A stretch of DNA of 64,000 nt, from NCBI RefSeq assembly GCF_964188315.1, contig NC_135655.1, positions 20,026,001-20,090,000 on the forward strand. Direction: 5' to 3'. Below the pieces are notes generated by a model that worked only from the letters and a program-made list of their open reading frames with translations, was not told the origin of the DNA and made no database searches. Made by a program: the position numbers and the translations under genes. The stretch is from Podarcis muralis (taxonomy: Eukaryota). Positions 53,501 through 62,260 of the stretch are shown piece after piece (the stretch's first letter is position 1; every line of letters starts with the position of its first letter).

Positions 53501-56500
53501 TACCCAGCCCTTCCGCAACAAGTCCAAGATGACAAATAGCATAAGAAAAGGCAAAGGAGTAAACTCTACACAAATCTGGAATGGAGTTACTAAGGCTATT
53601 AGAAGGCATTTTGTACGCCTCCTTCCAGCAACTCCTGCAACCAAGCTGGTATCAAAATACTGCTCTGCTTTCCTTTGGTCCACATCAGTGAGGCCGAGGG
53701 GGAGGGGGGGCTTGACGTCTGGGCAGCCCAGGACCTCCATAAACACTGCCAAGGCTTGCGCCCCAGGAAGGTAACTTCAGTGCTAACACAGCGGTTTCAC
53801 ATCACCCTGGGGCATACTCCATTGTCTCTCAAGACAGACAGATGGCAACAAACCTAGGTTACAACTGCTCAGCCACCATGCAATAGTCCACTGTTAACAC
53901 TGCAGGTAATAGGATTAGGTGCCAAGGATTAGATGTTATAATTTTGTAGTGTAGATACACTCTCCATCTTTCTTTTTAAAAACCATATTTAATTTATTTT
54001 CCATTAACACTTACAATTTTGCCAAGTTTGGTAATAGTTTTTTCAGCATTAGTGTGTTCTATAAAATTAGGATGGGGTTTTCTTCGACGATAGTCTTCTT
54101 CAGTGAAAGGTATTTCTGGATCTTCCTGGGTGGAGAGGAGTAAACAGAAAAAATAAAGATTTCTAAAACTGTATCCTTTGGTATCATTCAATTTTTATTT
54201 TGACAAAGCAAAATGATTTTTTAAAGTAAATAATTGCATTCCTAATATTAGTTAATTGAAGAGTCATTGTATGGAATAGTAAGAATTAATCCCTGCTTCT
54301 TGTGCTAGAAACTATAAAAAAAATAAAAAATGGAAATGCAGTTCAAATGGTACTGTGGCAGGCAAGTTTGAGAAATGAGCCTGTACCATATATTCTGTCA
54401 CTAAAATTTATCTTTCTCAAGCTCTGGGAGGAAGACCTTTCATTGCCTACAGACAGCCACCCAATCTTAAACAACTCCTAACCCACAATAATACTACAAC
54501 CAGACTTAACACGGACACTGGCACCAGAGCCTGCAATAAACCCAGATGCCAACTTTGCTGCCACATACACCCGGACAACACCATTACTGGCCCCAACAAC
54601 ATCACACATACCATCTCGGGACTATTTAATTGCTCATCGTCTAACATTGTGTATGCCATCAAATGCCAACAGTGTCCTTCGGCTCTCTATATTGGACAAA
54701 CAGGCCAAACCTTACGCCAAAGAATAAACGGACATAAATCTGACATCAAGAATCACAAGACAGAGAAACCAGTAGGAGAACACTTCAACCTCCCAGGACA
54801 TTCTGTACAAGATCTCAAAGTAGCTGTTTTACTACAAAGGAATTTCAGAAATAGACTGGAAAGAGAAGCTGCTGAATTGCAACTCATTACCAAACTTAAA
54901 ACCATGGAGAGACCTGGTCTGAACAAAGACATTGGATTCTTATCTCATTATACATGACAAAGCCATTTTTCACCTTCTCACCCCTTGCTTTTTCCTGTAA
55001 GACCTATTGCAGTCATTAAGAGTCGTCAACAGGCTCATCACAGCTATCTGCCAATCACCCATTCCCACCACCCTTCTGAGTAATACCCCTCCCCACCTTC
55101 TCACTATATAGAAGGATCTGGCAACTTCTGTTTCAGTGTATCTGAAGAAGTGTGCATGCACACGAAAGCTCATACCAAGAACTAACTTAGTTGGTCTTTA
55201 AGGTGCTACTGGAAGGAATTTTTTTTTTGTTTTGACTAAAATTTATGGAAGGCAAATAATTCAAGTGCAGGTTTATCTGCTGAGGTCAATAAATGTCAGA
55301 GGTTTCTTGACTTTTTCTACCACTCACCGGATCAAGAGGTTTGCTTCTTGCCCAGGTCATTATTGTTGAAAGCAGAATGAACACTTTCTGCTTCTCAAAC
55401 TTTGATGATTCCGCTTGTATTGCTGTGTAATTACATTATAGTGTATATGTTACTAAATGTTTTTTTGTAAAAAAAAATCCTCTACTTACATTTTATGACA
55501 ACGTTCTGCAAGAAAAATGTTTTCTTTCCCCAAATTAAGGTTAATGCTGTACAAAGACTTGCACACACATATCAAGACTTCTCACTTTCACCCCTGATAG
55601 CAAACCATTGTTATGCATCCAAAGATATTTCAGAAGCCTGTGGGTGGAGGAGGCTCAGAATGGGAGACATCGTGCTTTTACACACAATTTTGATCCAGCT
55701 AGATGGTTCAGCATGTGGATCACTATCTAAATGAGTAACCTGCTTTGTAAACCACTTTGAGGGTTTTTTTACAATCAAGCGTATATAATTTTTATGAAAA
55801 AACAAAATAAAATGAATAAAAACCAGATGTGCAAATGGAAGCTGTGTATAGGATTCCTCCTATGATTCAGCTAATAAGATTATATACATGTGGCCCTGTA
55901 AGAAGTCCAGTGATAGCACAGATCAGCCATTTGGAATGGTTTAGTCTGAGATTAGTCCACACACAGCCATTTCCCATCCAATGGCAATTGCCCATGTTTT
56001 CCCGGGCTCTACACCTTGGTTGCTGGGATATACACAGTCAATCCCAGGCAGAGTCTTTTGGATTAGGCCACAGAGATGGGCATAAACTACATTAGAAATC
56101 GGCAAATCATCTAATTTCAAATTCAGATATTGTGCACCTATTCAACTTGACACCATTTAAACCAGCACAGTCATTTGAGTAAACATTCACCCAACATGCA
56201 TGATTAAATTTGTATGTGTGAGCTAAGCCAAACTATGCTCTTCTAACAAGAGGATAAGAAACTGAATTCCCCCAATACCACCAGGTAAGTCCAAGGCTGA
56301 GGGATTTGAGCTCAGGTAGTGCCAATTTGAGGTCTCAGTCTGCTGAATCACACTAGATCTACTGCTTCACTTCCCAAAGTTGATGAATGTGTCATGCCCA
56401 TTTCAGATAAAGAACAAATTGTACTAACCAGTAGCTGCCCAGACTGCTTCCTCAATCTGTTTTACATCTTCAGTGATGTTATAAATAATAATGTCACACT

Positions 56501-59500
56501 CTAACAGGCGAGCTAGCAGCTCTTCTCGAGAAGATGTCTAAAAACAAACAAAAGCTATAAGGAGGAATTATTTCCCTCTATTTAGTAATAACTTTTAGCA
56601 ATCAATCCTTCGTTTTTAAAGAAGAAGAAAATCCTCTATTTTTTTTATCCTCTAACAATTTTAAAAGAGTGGAAGCTGGGGTTGGGTGATGGGGATTTTT
56701 GTTTATTTGATTTATAAAAAAGGTAAAGGTAAAGGACCCCTACCTGGACAGTTAAGTCCAGTCAAAGGTGACTATGGCGTGCAGCACTCATCTTGCTTCA
56801 GGCCAAGGAAGCTGGCGTTTGTCCACAGATTAAATCACTTCTGGCACAATGGAACATCATGATGGAAACCAGAGTGGACGGAAACGCCATTTACCTTCCC
56901 ACTGCAGCAATACCTATTTATCTACTTGTACTGGCATGCTTTTGAACTGCTGGGTTGGTTTATAACTACCTTTCACTCCAGGAGGATCCTGAAGGGACCT
57001 TACAGTATAATTAGATAGGGCCTGCTTTTATTCCCTCCAGCATATATATTCCGTCAAAAAATCAATTTCTTATTAGCTCATTGTGGCTTTTATCTCCATT
57101 GCCATTTCATCCCATCTAACTTCCCTGACTGCTGGCACTTGGATATTGCACTGACTGGGTAAACTTAAGCAGTGAATAAAGAGGGAGAGATAAGCAGGGT
57201 GAAGCAATGGATATAGATGAGGTGGCTGAAGGTTCTTCTTTTACAGTGTGAGAGATTGTGATCCACTCTAGTGTTCTGACTGCTGGCTTAACCATGTTCG
57301 GAATTCTCAAAAGGTAGACTCAGGCTGTTCTCACATGGCAAATGTCAAAGCCAGGCTCTCAGTCATGATGACTTCCTTAAGTCTCATTGGTTAGCCCTGA
57401 CAAACTTTAGCTACTGTAGACTGTAGCTTTTAGGTTTTACAGAATTAGAGTTATCAAATGTTTATGTGGCTATACATTATACTACCTTCTTTTGATTTAT
57501 TGATTTCTTTTCCTGCCCTTTAATAAAGGTGACCACCTATATCCCCAAGTATTTTAGTAAATTAAAGAAGTGTAATACTCACTCCATATGCTTCCACAGC
57601 AAAATCTGGTTTTGTACTAGTCTCCTGTGAAAGAGTTCCCACTACTTGGTATATTCCTTCCTTTGGTTTCAGAGGTGAAATTTCAACAGCTGATCTACCT
57701 TCATCTTCTTCTTCCTCTTCCTCTGCTACTTCTTCCAGAGAGGCTCCAACAGTACAGCTCGCTAGATACTTGAAGTATACAAGAAATGACCAGTGGGATA
57801 GTGTGAGAGAATTCCATTCATAGTGATATGGTAATCAGTTTTCTGTTTCATAATTGTGCTCATTTGGACATAACAACATACCATGGTGTGTTGCTATGAC
57901 AACATGCTGCCGTGAGCTATGGGCTTGTCCACTCCCCCTTCATGTGTAAAATGAGAGAACCTGAATCCTTTTTGCTGTGTCCAAATACACTGCAAATCAA
58001 AAGTTTAGCTTGTTAAATGATGATCAGAGCTTCAGTTTCCTTACCATGCATATGAAGCAGGGGGAAATGGGAGCAGACAAACCCAAAGCATATTGTGACA
58101 CATTCTAGAAACAATAAACCATTATTTATACCTCTGTCCAACCTTCCTCATAAGATGGCTGTGAGGGCAAAATTAGGGAAGGGAGAAGAATCATGAAAGT
58201 TGCTAGAAGCTCCGTAGAAGAATGAAGGCTGGGATAGAAATGTAATAAATGTATATATTTTAAATAACCTTTAAAGTCATCTGAGGGTAGACATTTTATT
58301 TTGAAACTCCAACATCCACAGCTGGACAATATTTTCATTAACAAGACTAAAAGGTAAAGGACCCTTGGACGGTTAAATCCAGTCAAAGGCAACTAAGGGG
58401 TTGTGGCACTCATCTCGCATTCAGGCTGAGGGAGCCAGCATTTGTCCACAGACAGCTTTCCAGATCATGTGGCCACCATGACTAAACTGCTTCTGGCACA
58501 ACAAAACACTGTGACAGAAATCAGAGCGCACGGAAACACTGTTTACCTTCCCGCCACAGCAATACCTATTTATCTACTTCCACTGGCGTACTTTCGAACT
58601 GCTAGGTAGGCAGAAGCTGGGACAGAGCAACAGAAGCTCACCCCATTGTGCGGATTCGAACCGCCAACTTGCACACAGTTTCATGTTCTCCAGCTGTGGG
58701 CTTTGGGATCTGTCCACCCCCTTTCTTTTACGAACCAACATGTTTCACGTGTGTTGCGTTTTATTTTAAACGGCCAGGCGTAACACCTCACGTTCACTTT
58801 TTCTTACCTCCCCCAAAGCAGTTGGAAAACACACACGGGTACTTTTTGAGTGTGTGGAGGGGAGGAAGTATTAAAAGATAAAAAGTAGTTTCTTCACACA
58901 TCAGATCAGCCCTTCTCAACCTTTCCCACCCCGCAGTGTAGCTGGGAGTACAATCCCCAATGCCTCTGAATGAATACCAGCTGCTGGAAACCACAGGTGG
59001 CGAGAACACTCCTGCTTCCGTCTGGTTGGCCAACTTGGCCCCACAACTGCCGGTGCCCCGGGGGCTGTGGGTGCATGCGGCGTGCAAGCACCAAAATGTG
59101 GGGGTGCCTGGCCCCAGAAATTTCATGGATGCTCATTCACCCAGGGAGTTGGCACCTATGTTGGCCACTGCGAGAACAGGATGATGGACCAGGTGGGCCA
59201 CTGGCAGGGCTGGCCCCCAGAGATTTTGACACCAGAGGCAAACCACAAAAGGGTGCCATTCCAGGGAATAATAATAATAAATTATTTATACCCCGCCCTC
59301 CCCAGCCAACTTGATTAAAATACATTTTAAAAAACACGATAGAAGAATGGCAGATGAAGATGATGGATTTTTCGGAGCTAGCCGACCTAACCAGAAGGAG
59401 GAGGAGTATCAGGAAGAGTGGATTAAATTTAATGATTACTTAAATATGTTAAGTTAAATTAACTAAAAACAGCTTGCAGATACTTAATTGGCTTAGGATT

Positions 59501-60125
59501 TTATTTATGTTAAGTGATGAATTAATATGTTTAATTTTATAATGTGAAGATCTAAGGTTGTTAAATGTTTAAGTTAAATTTTATAAGAACTGTGATTTGG
59601 AAAACCGTTAAAAGGATATGCAATGAAATTCAACCAAGGGGAAGCGAGGAAGTCACTTAACAATGTTAATAAGTGTAATTTTCAATAAGGCTATGATTTA
59701 TGTTTGTTTGTCTTGTGTTTGTTTGTTTATAATGTTGTGAAAACAAATAAAAAACTTTTTTGGAAAAAAATACAATTTAAAAAACAAGATTAAAATACAA
59801 CATTAAAACATTAAGAAGAAAGGGGTGAGTGAAGATATATATGAGGGAAAGAGGGTGGGGAATAAAGAGCTGCATCAGGAACTGCTGAGAACCTGCTACC
59901 CCTGTGGGTCCTGCACGCCCGAAGCGGTTGCCCTCAGCTTCCCTCCTGGGCGAGGCGGCCCTGGCTACCGGGCCGCGTCAACCCACCGACGCTCCGCGAC
60001 CATCCGCCTCCGGCCCTCACCCTCCCCATGTTGCTGCCTCCGTAGGTGTCCAAGTGGTTCAGGAAGATCCTCTGGCTCCGAATAATCTCCTCCGCCTCCG
60101 CCACCGCCTCCTCTTCCTCCGACAT
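35244..60125 (-). CDS. AK7: Adenylate kinase 7, complete 18-exon CDS (2193 nt, 730 aa)
   Basis: All 18 exons have GT-AG ends and matching phases; N-terminal extended-SDR-like region, P-loop [15 protein letters not shown] motif, C-terminal Dpy-30-like [14 protein letters not shown]...[13 protein letters not shown]; matches vertebrate AK7 as recalled and sits between GSKIP and PAPOLA. Confidence 0.97.
35522..35575. repeat. (AAT)n microsatellite
   Basis: About 17 AAT units in AK7 intron 17. Confidence 0.95.
36039..36197 (-). CDS. AK7: AK7 exon 17
   Basis: ttaag|AAT AAA CGT...TTT CTG|gtaagg; [53 protein letters not shown]. Confidence 0.96.
37089..37844 (-). mobile_element. Solo LTR (756 bp) in AK7 intron 16
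   Basis: TGTCAG...CTGACA termini, 5-bp TSD ATTGC (37084-37088, 37845-37849), minus-strand AATAAA at 37157-37162, GC-rich relative to flanks; family not identified. Confidence 0.85.
38121..38341 (-). CDS. AK7: AK7 exon 16
   Basis: gaaag|AT GTA TCA...GAA TGG|gtaagt; (D)[10 protein letters not shown]...[12 protein letters not shown]...ANWEEW. Confidence 0.95.
39059..39256 (-). CDS. AK7: AK7 exon 15
   Basis: cacag|AC TAT GTA...ATT G|gtatag; (D)[29 protein letters not shown]...EIHPQYI. Confidence 0.96.
39489..39557 (-). CDS. AK7: AK7 exon 14
   Basis: taaag|TT GAA GAC...TCT G|gtaagt; (L)[22 protein letters not shown]. Confidence 0.92.
40747..40875 (-). CDS. AK7: AK7 exon 13
   Basis: actag|GT CGT CTG...AAT C|gtaagt; (G)[42 protein letters not shown]. 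Confidence 0.96.
41114..41264 (-). CDS. AK7: AK7 exon 12 (Glu-rich)
   Basis: cctag|GAG AAA ATT...GCA G|gtgaat; [50 protein letters not shown]. Confidence 0.95.
42248..42285 (-). ncRNA. Type I minimal hammerhead ribozyme motif (inverted Penelope repeat; sense to AK7 pre-mRNA)
   Basis: Reverse-complement copy of the motif at 44446-44483. Confidence 0.7.
44446..44483 (+). ncRNA. Type I minimal hammerhead ribozyme motif (Penelope terminal repeat)
   Basis: GC-CUGAAGA-U-[GACGAG ugagac CUCGUC]-GAAA-CGUC-GC: conserved core, 6-bp helix II, palindromic ACGU helix III, GUC cleavage triplet ending at 44481; helix I only about 2 bp. Confidence 0.7.
46174..46302 (-). CDS. AK7: AK7 exon 11 (P-loop)
   Basis: ttcag|CCC GTC AAG...AAT TTG|gtaagc; [43 protein letters not shown]. 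Confidence 0.97.
46751..47070 (-). mobile_element. Sauria-type SINE
   Basis: (ACCTTT)n tail on the minus strand, GCTCATCTC...TTTACCTTCC...CCTATTTATC body, tRNA B-box-like head (GATTCGA); shared with 56720 and 58349 copies. Confidence 0.8.
47186..47335 (-). CDS. AK7: AK7 exon 10
   Basis: tttag|CAA GAA CAG...TTA CTG|gtaaat; [50 protein letters not shown]. Confidence 0.96.
48199..48276 (-). CDS. AK7: AK7 exon 9
   Basis: aacag|TGC ATC AGC...TTA ACG|gtattt; [26 protein letters not shown]. Confidence 0.95.
49576..49666 (-). CDS. AK7: AK7 exon 8
   Basis: tgcag|A GTG TTA...GTG AAG|gtaaag; (A)[30 protein letters not shown]. Confidence 0.95.
50360..50584. mobile_element. Tigger-like MITE (same family as 33925)
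   Basis: TA|CAGTGGTATCTCGAGTTACGAAC...GTTCGTAACTAGAGGTACCACT. Confidence 0.8.
51192..51280 (-). CDS. AK7: AK7 exon 7
   Basis: tccag|TTA TCT TGG...GCA GC|gtaagt; [29 protein letters not shown]. Confidence 0.96.
51464..51660 (+). mobile_element. 197-bp short retroelement made of the BovB 5' end only
   Basis: Aligns by eye to 19503-19690 with scattered substitutions; bounded by 10-bp direct repeat GAAAGAGTTC (51454-51463, 51661-51670). Confidence 0.8.
53316..53399 (-). CDS. AK7: AK7 exon 6
   Basis: aacag|GCG AAA AGC...TTT AAG|gtagat; [28 protein letters not shown]. Confidence 0.95.
54015..54125 (-). CDS. AK7: AK7 exon 5
   Basis: cccag|GAA GAT CCA...AAA ATT|gtaagt; [37 protein letters not shown]. 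Confidence 0.96.
54410..55225 (+). mobile_element. Second Penelope-like element, 3' fragment (different family from 42166)
   Basis: Cys-rich linker ([11 protein letters not shown]) and GIY-YIG ([29 protein letters not shown]), stop at 54957, then a terminal region with a hammerhead motif and T-rich end. Confidence 0.88.
55138..55175 (+). ncRNA. Type I minimal hammerhead ribozyme motif
   Basis: GUAU-CUGAAGA-A-[GUGUG caug CACAC]-GAAA-GCUC-AUAC: 4-bp helix I, 5-bp helix II, palindromic AGCU helix III, cleavage after C55171. Confidence 0.78.
55328..55422 (-). CDS. AK7: AK7 exon 4
   Basis: cacag|CA ATA CAA...GAT CCG|gtgagt; (A)[31 protein letters not shown]. Confidence 0.96.
56429..56537 (-). 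CDS. AK7: AK7 exon 3
   Basis: tttag|ACA TCT TCT...ACT G|gttagt; [36 protein letters not shown]. Confidence 0.96.
56720..56958 (-). mobile_element. Sauria-type SINE (internally deleted, head missing)
   Basis: AAAGGTAAAGGTAAAGGACCCC...GTTAAGTCCAGTCAAAGG...TTTACCTTCCC. Confidence 0.78.
57583..57768 (-). CDS. AK7: AK7 exon 2
   Basis: ttcaag|TAT CTA GCG...TAT GGA|gtgagt; [24 protein letters not shown]...[25 protein letters not shown]. Confidence 0.95.
57890..57903. promoter_or_regulatory. RFX X-box-like motif in AK7 intron 1
   Basis: GTTGCTATGACAAC. Confidence 0.5.
58349..58670 (-). mobile_element. Sauria-type SINE
   Basis: Best-preserved copy; includes GGATTCGAACC B-box-like head and (ACCTTT)n tail. 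Confidence 0.85.
59341..59766 (+). mobile_element. L1-clade LINE 3' end with long TSD
   Basis: [17 protein letters not shown].../[13 protein letters not shown]2 tail, AT-rich 3'UTR with AATAAA; 24-nt direct repeat with 2 mismatches (59317-59340, 59767-59790). Confidence 0.7.
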
Positions 60126-60330
60126 GGCTGTGGTTGAGAAGGAAGCGCAGGGGTTGCTAGGCAACCAGGGCGCGCGCGCCGGGAGAGGAAGGAGGAGGAG
60201 GAAGAGGCGGGGCCTTGGGGAGAAAACAGAACGCAGGAGACGAACAGGAGGGCGGGAGGAATCTGGGCGTGGCTTCCTCCTCGAGGAGAGGGGGCGTGGC
60301 CAATGGAATAACGTGAAAACAAAGAGATTG
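59900..60330 (-). promoter_or_regulatory. AK7 CpG island promoter with RFX X-box
   Basis: GC/CpG-rich block; GTTGCTAGGCAAC at 60153-60165, 28 nt upstream of the ATG; GGGCGTGG boxes near 60266 and 60291; CCAAT at 60300-60304. Confidence 0.8.
60021..60125 (-). CDS. AK7: AK7 exon 1
   Basis: GCC ATG TCG...GGG AGG|gtgagg; [35 protein letters not shown]. Confidence 0.96.
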
Positions 60331-62098
60331 CGCGTTGACTTTTTTTCTCCCCCTCCCCAAGAGATAAATGCTGCAAGCCATTTATCTATAACGCTGCTTT
60401 AGGTTTTAGTTAAGTCAGCAAAATCTGCGAGTTTAGTGCAGAAACCCAAAAACCCCTCTGTACATTGTTTTGTTTTATTCTTTATTTTAAAAAGCAAACT
60501 CATTATGCAGACCACTTTGCTTCTTTTATTTCAAGCGTATAACTGCTAAAATAAACACGGCTGCCTTATTCAAGGAAGTACAGATAAAATGGACAGAGCA
60601 CATTTTCTTCATGTATTTTCCTCGTTTTCTTAACTTCCATGCTATAAATCCAGATTGTAAGTGCACATGTACCCAGTTTTCTTAGAAAATGAAATGCACA
60701 TTTTAGTCTAATTTTCTATATATGGATAAAGCAAGACATTTCAGCGTTTAAAACAGTAAGAAACAGTCAATGTTTCGTAACAGGTTTTACTATAGATTCT
60801 TAGTTATCCTATAATTAGCTGAAATAAGACAAAGCTGTAATAAATGCTTCAACTAAGCTGGTACTCCTTCAGTTCCTAGAGCAGGTTCTCAGCAAGGTTT
60901 AACAGCATCACTCATGTTGAACCAGGTTTGCAAAATATAAATTTACATCCATCAAGGAGCTGACGATTGTGTAAATTCACTCACTTTGAGAATTAAAACA
61001 TCTGTTAGTATTATCTATCACAATGCACAATTACTCTAGCTTTGTGGGTGGTGGTTGTTTTTTTAAACCACCTTTATCCCAAGAAAATATACTGAGATTA
61101 CAGCACTGGAAGGTAACTAGTATTGTACTTAAGACCACCTATTCTTCTCCCAATTCAAATACCAATTTCCTTCTTTGGTTTTGAATCAATACAATGAACC
61201 ATTGTAAGTTACAGCATAGTTGGGGCTTTGCAGAAATACTCATGTAATATAGTAAATAAAGATTCAAAAAATACTTTTAGATATACTGTACATTATGTAA
61301 ACATTCAAAGCAATGCGAATAGTTCTCTTTACACAGTATTAATAGTTTAACAAAAGCAATGAAGGATTGGGCTTTATGCAGAATGTGGCTTTTTATTTTT
61401 TCATTACTGTGCTTATCCCATTTGTATTTCAGCTGATGAATACATTCATTATGCCAACAATATATCTATTGTTTAGCATTGCTGCTTGCTACCCTCAAGA
61501 CTACACCAAATACTGCACACTGTTGTTCGGTTACTGAAAAGTACTGGCCTAACGTTTTAGTGGATCATATCCTAAGAGATGCTTTATTTAATGTTTCGTC
61601 TTACCACTCTAATGAATGAGCCAGATAATGTCTAAATCCACATACAAGAAGTTGAGCTAAATACAAAACTTTTCAATGAAACAAAACCCATTTCATTAAA
61701 TTAGCTATGGCAAATATTTGGTTTTCTTAAATCCAAGTTATTTGTGAAGCACACTACTGAACAAATACAAAAGTTGTTAGAAGAATTTTAAAGTTAACTA
61801 TCAGAGACCAAAACTATACTGTGTTACATTGTAACTATCTAAAGGAAAGTTTAACAAAGAACAGTAACTATATATGTGACTATGTTACCTTAAAAATAAA
61901 TTGGGTAACTAACTCCGAACAACAGTATCAAGGACATAGTTTACAAGTTGGTGTCACTGCAAGTCATGGAACAAGGGATTTTTTTGAAAGCAAAGAGTTC
62001 AGGTGAATAATTTCCCCCCCTCTGCCATCAGGCCTCAGAACAAACTATTTAGATCCAGCAGCAACTTTTGTTGAAGCCCACTTCGATTGCAAATTCAA

Positions 62099-62260
62099 TC
62101 ACGACTGCCCATCACTTTTCAAAGCCTCTAGTCTTTGTAGCAAAGCATTTCCAAATGCTTCTCTATACGCTGGGCTAACAGAGTCCAACAGAGAGTAGAC
62201 AGTTTCGTGATAGGGATTTTGTACGCTGTCATCCACCTGGTCAAAAGCATAGCCAACCAC
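62099..62260 (-). CDS. GSKIP: GSK3B-interacting protein, last coding exon (upstream coding exon lies beyond the right edge)
   Basis: tttttgcag|[53 protein letters not shown]; matches the GSKIP C-terminus as recalled; synteny with AK7. Confidence 0.95.
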   Translation of the reverse strand: MVGYAFDQVDDSVQNPYHETVYSLLDSVSPAYREAFGNALLQRLEALKSDGQS

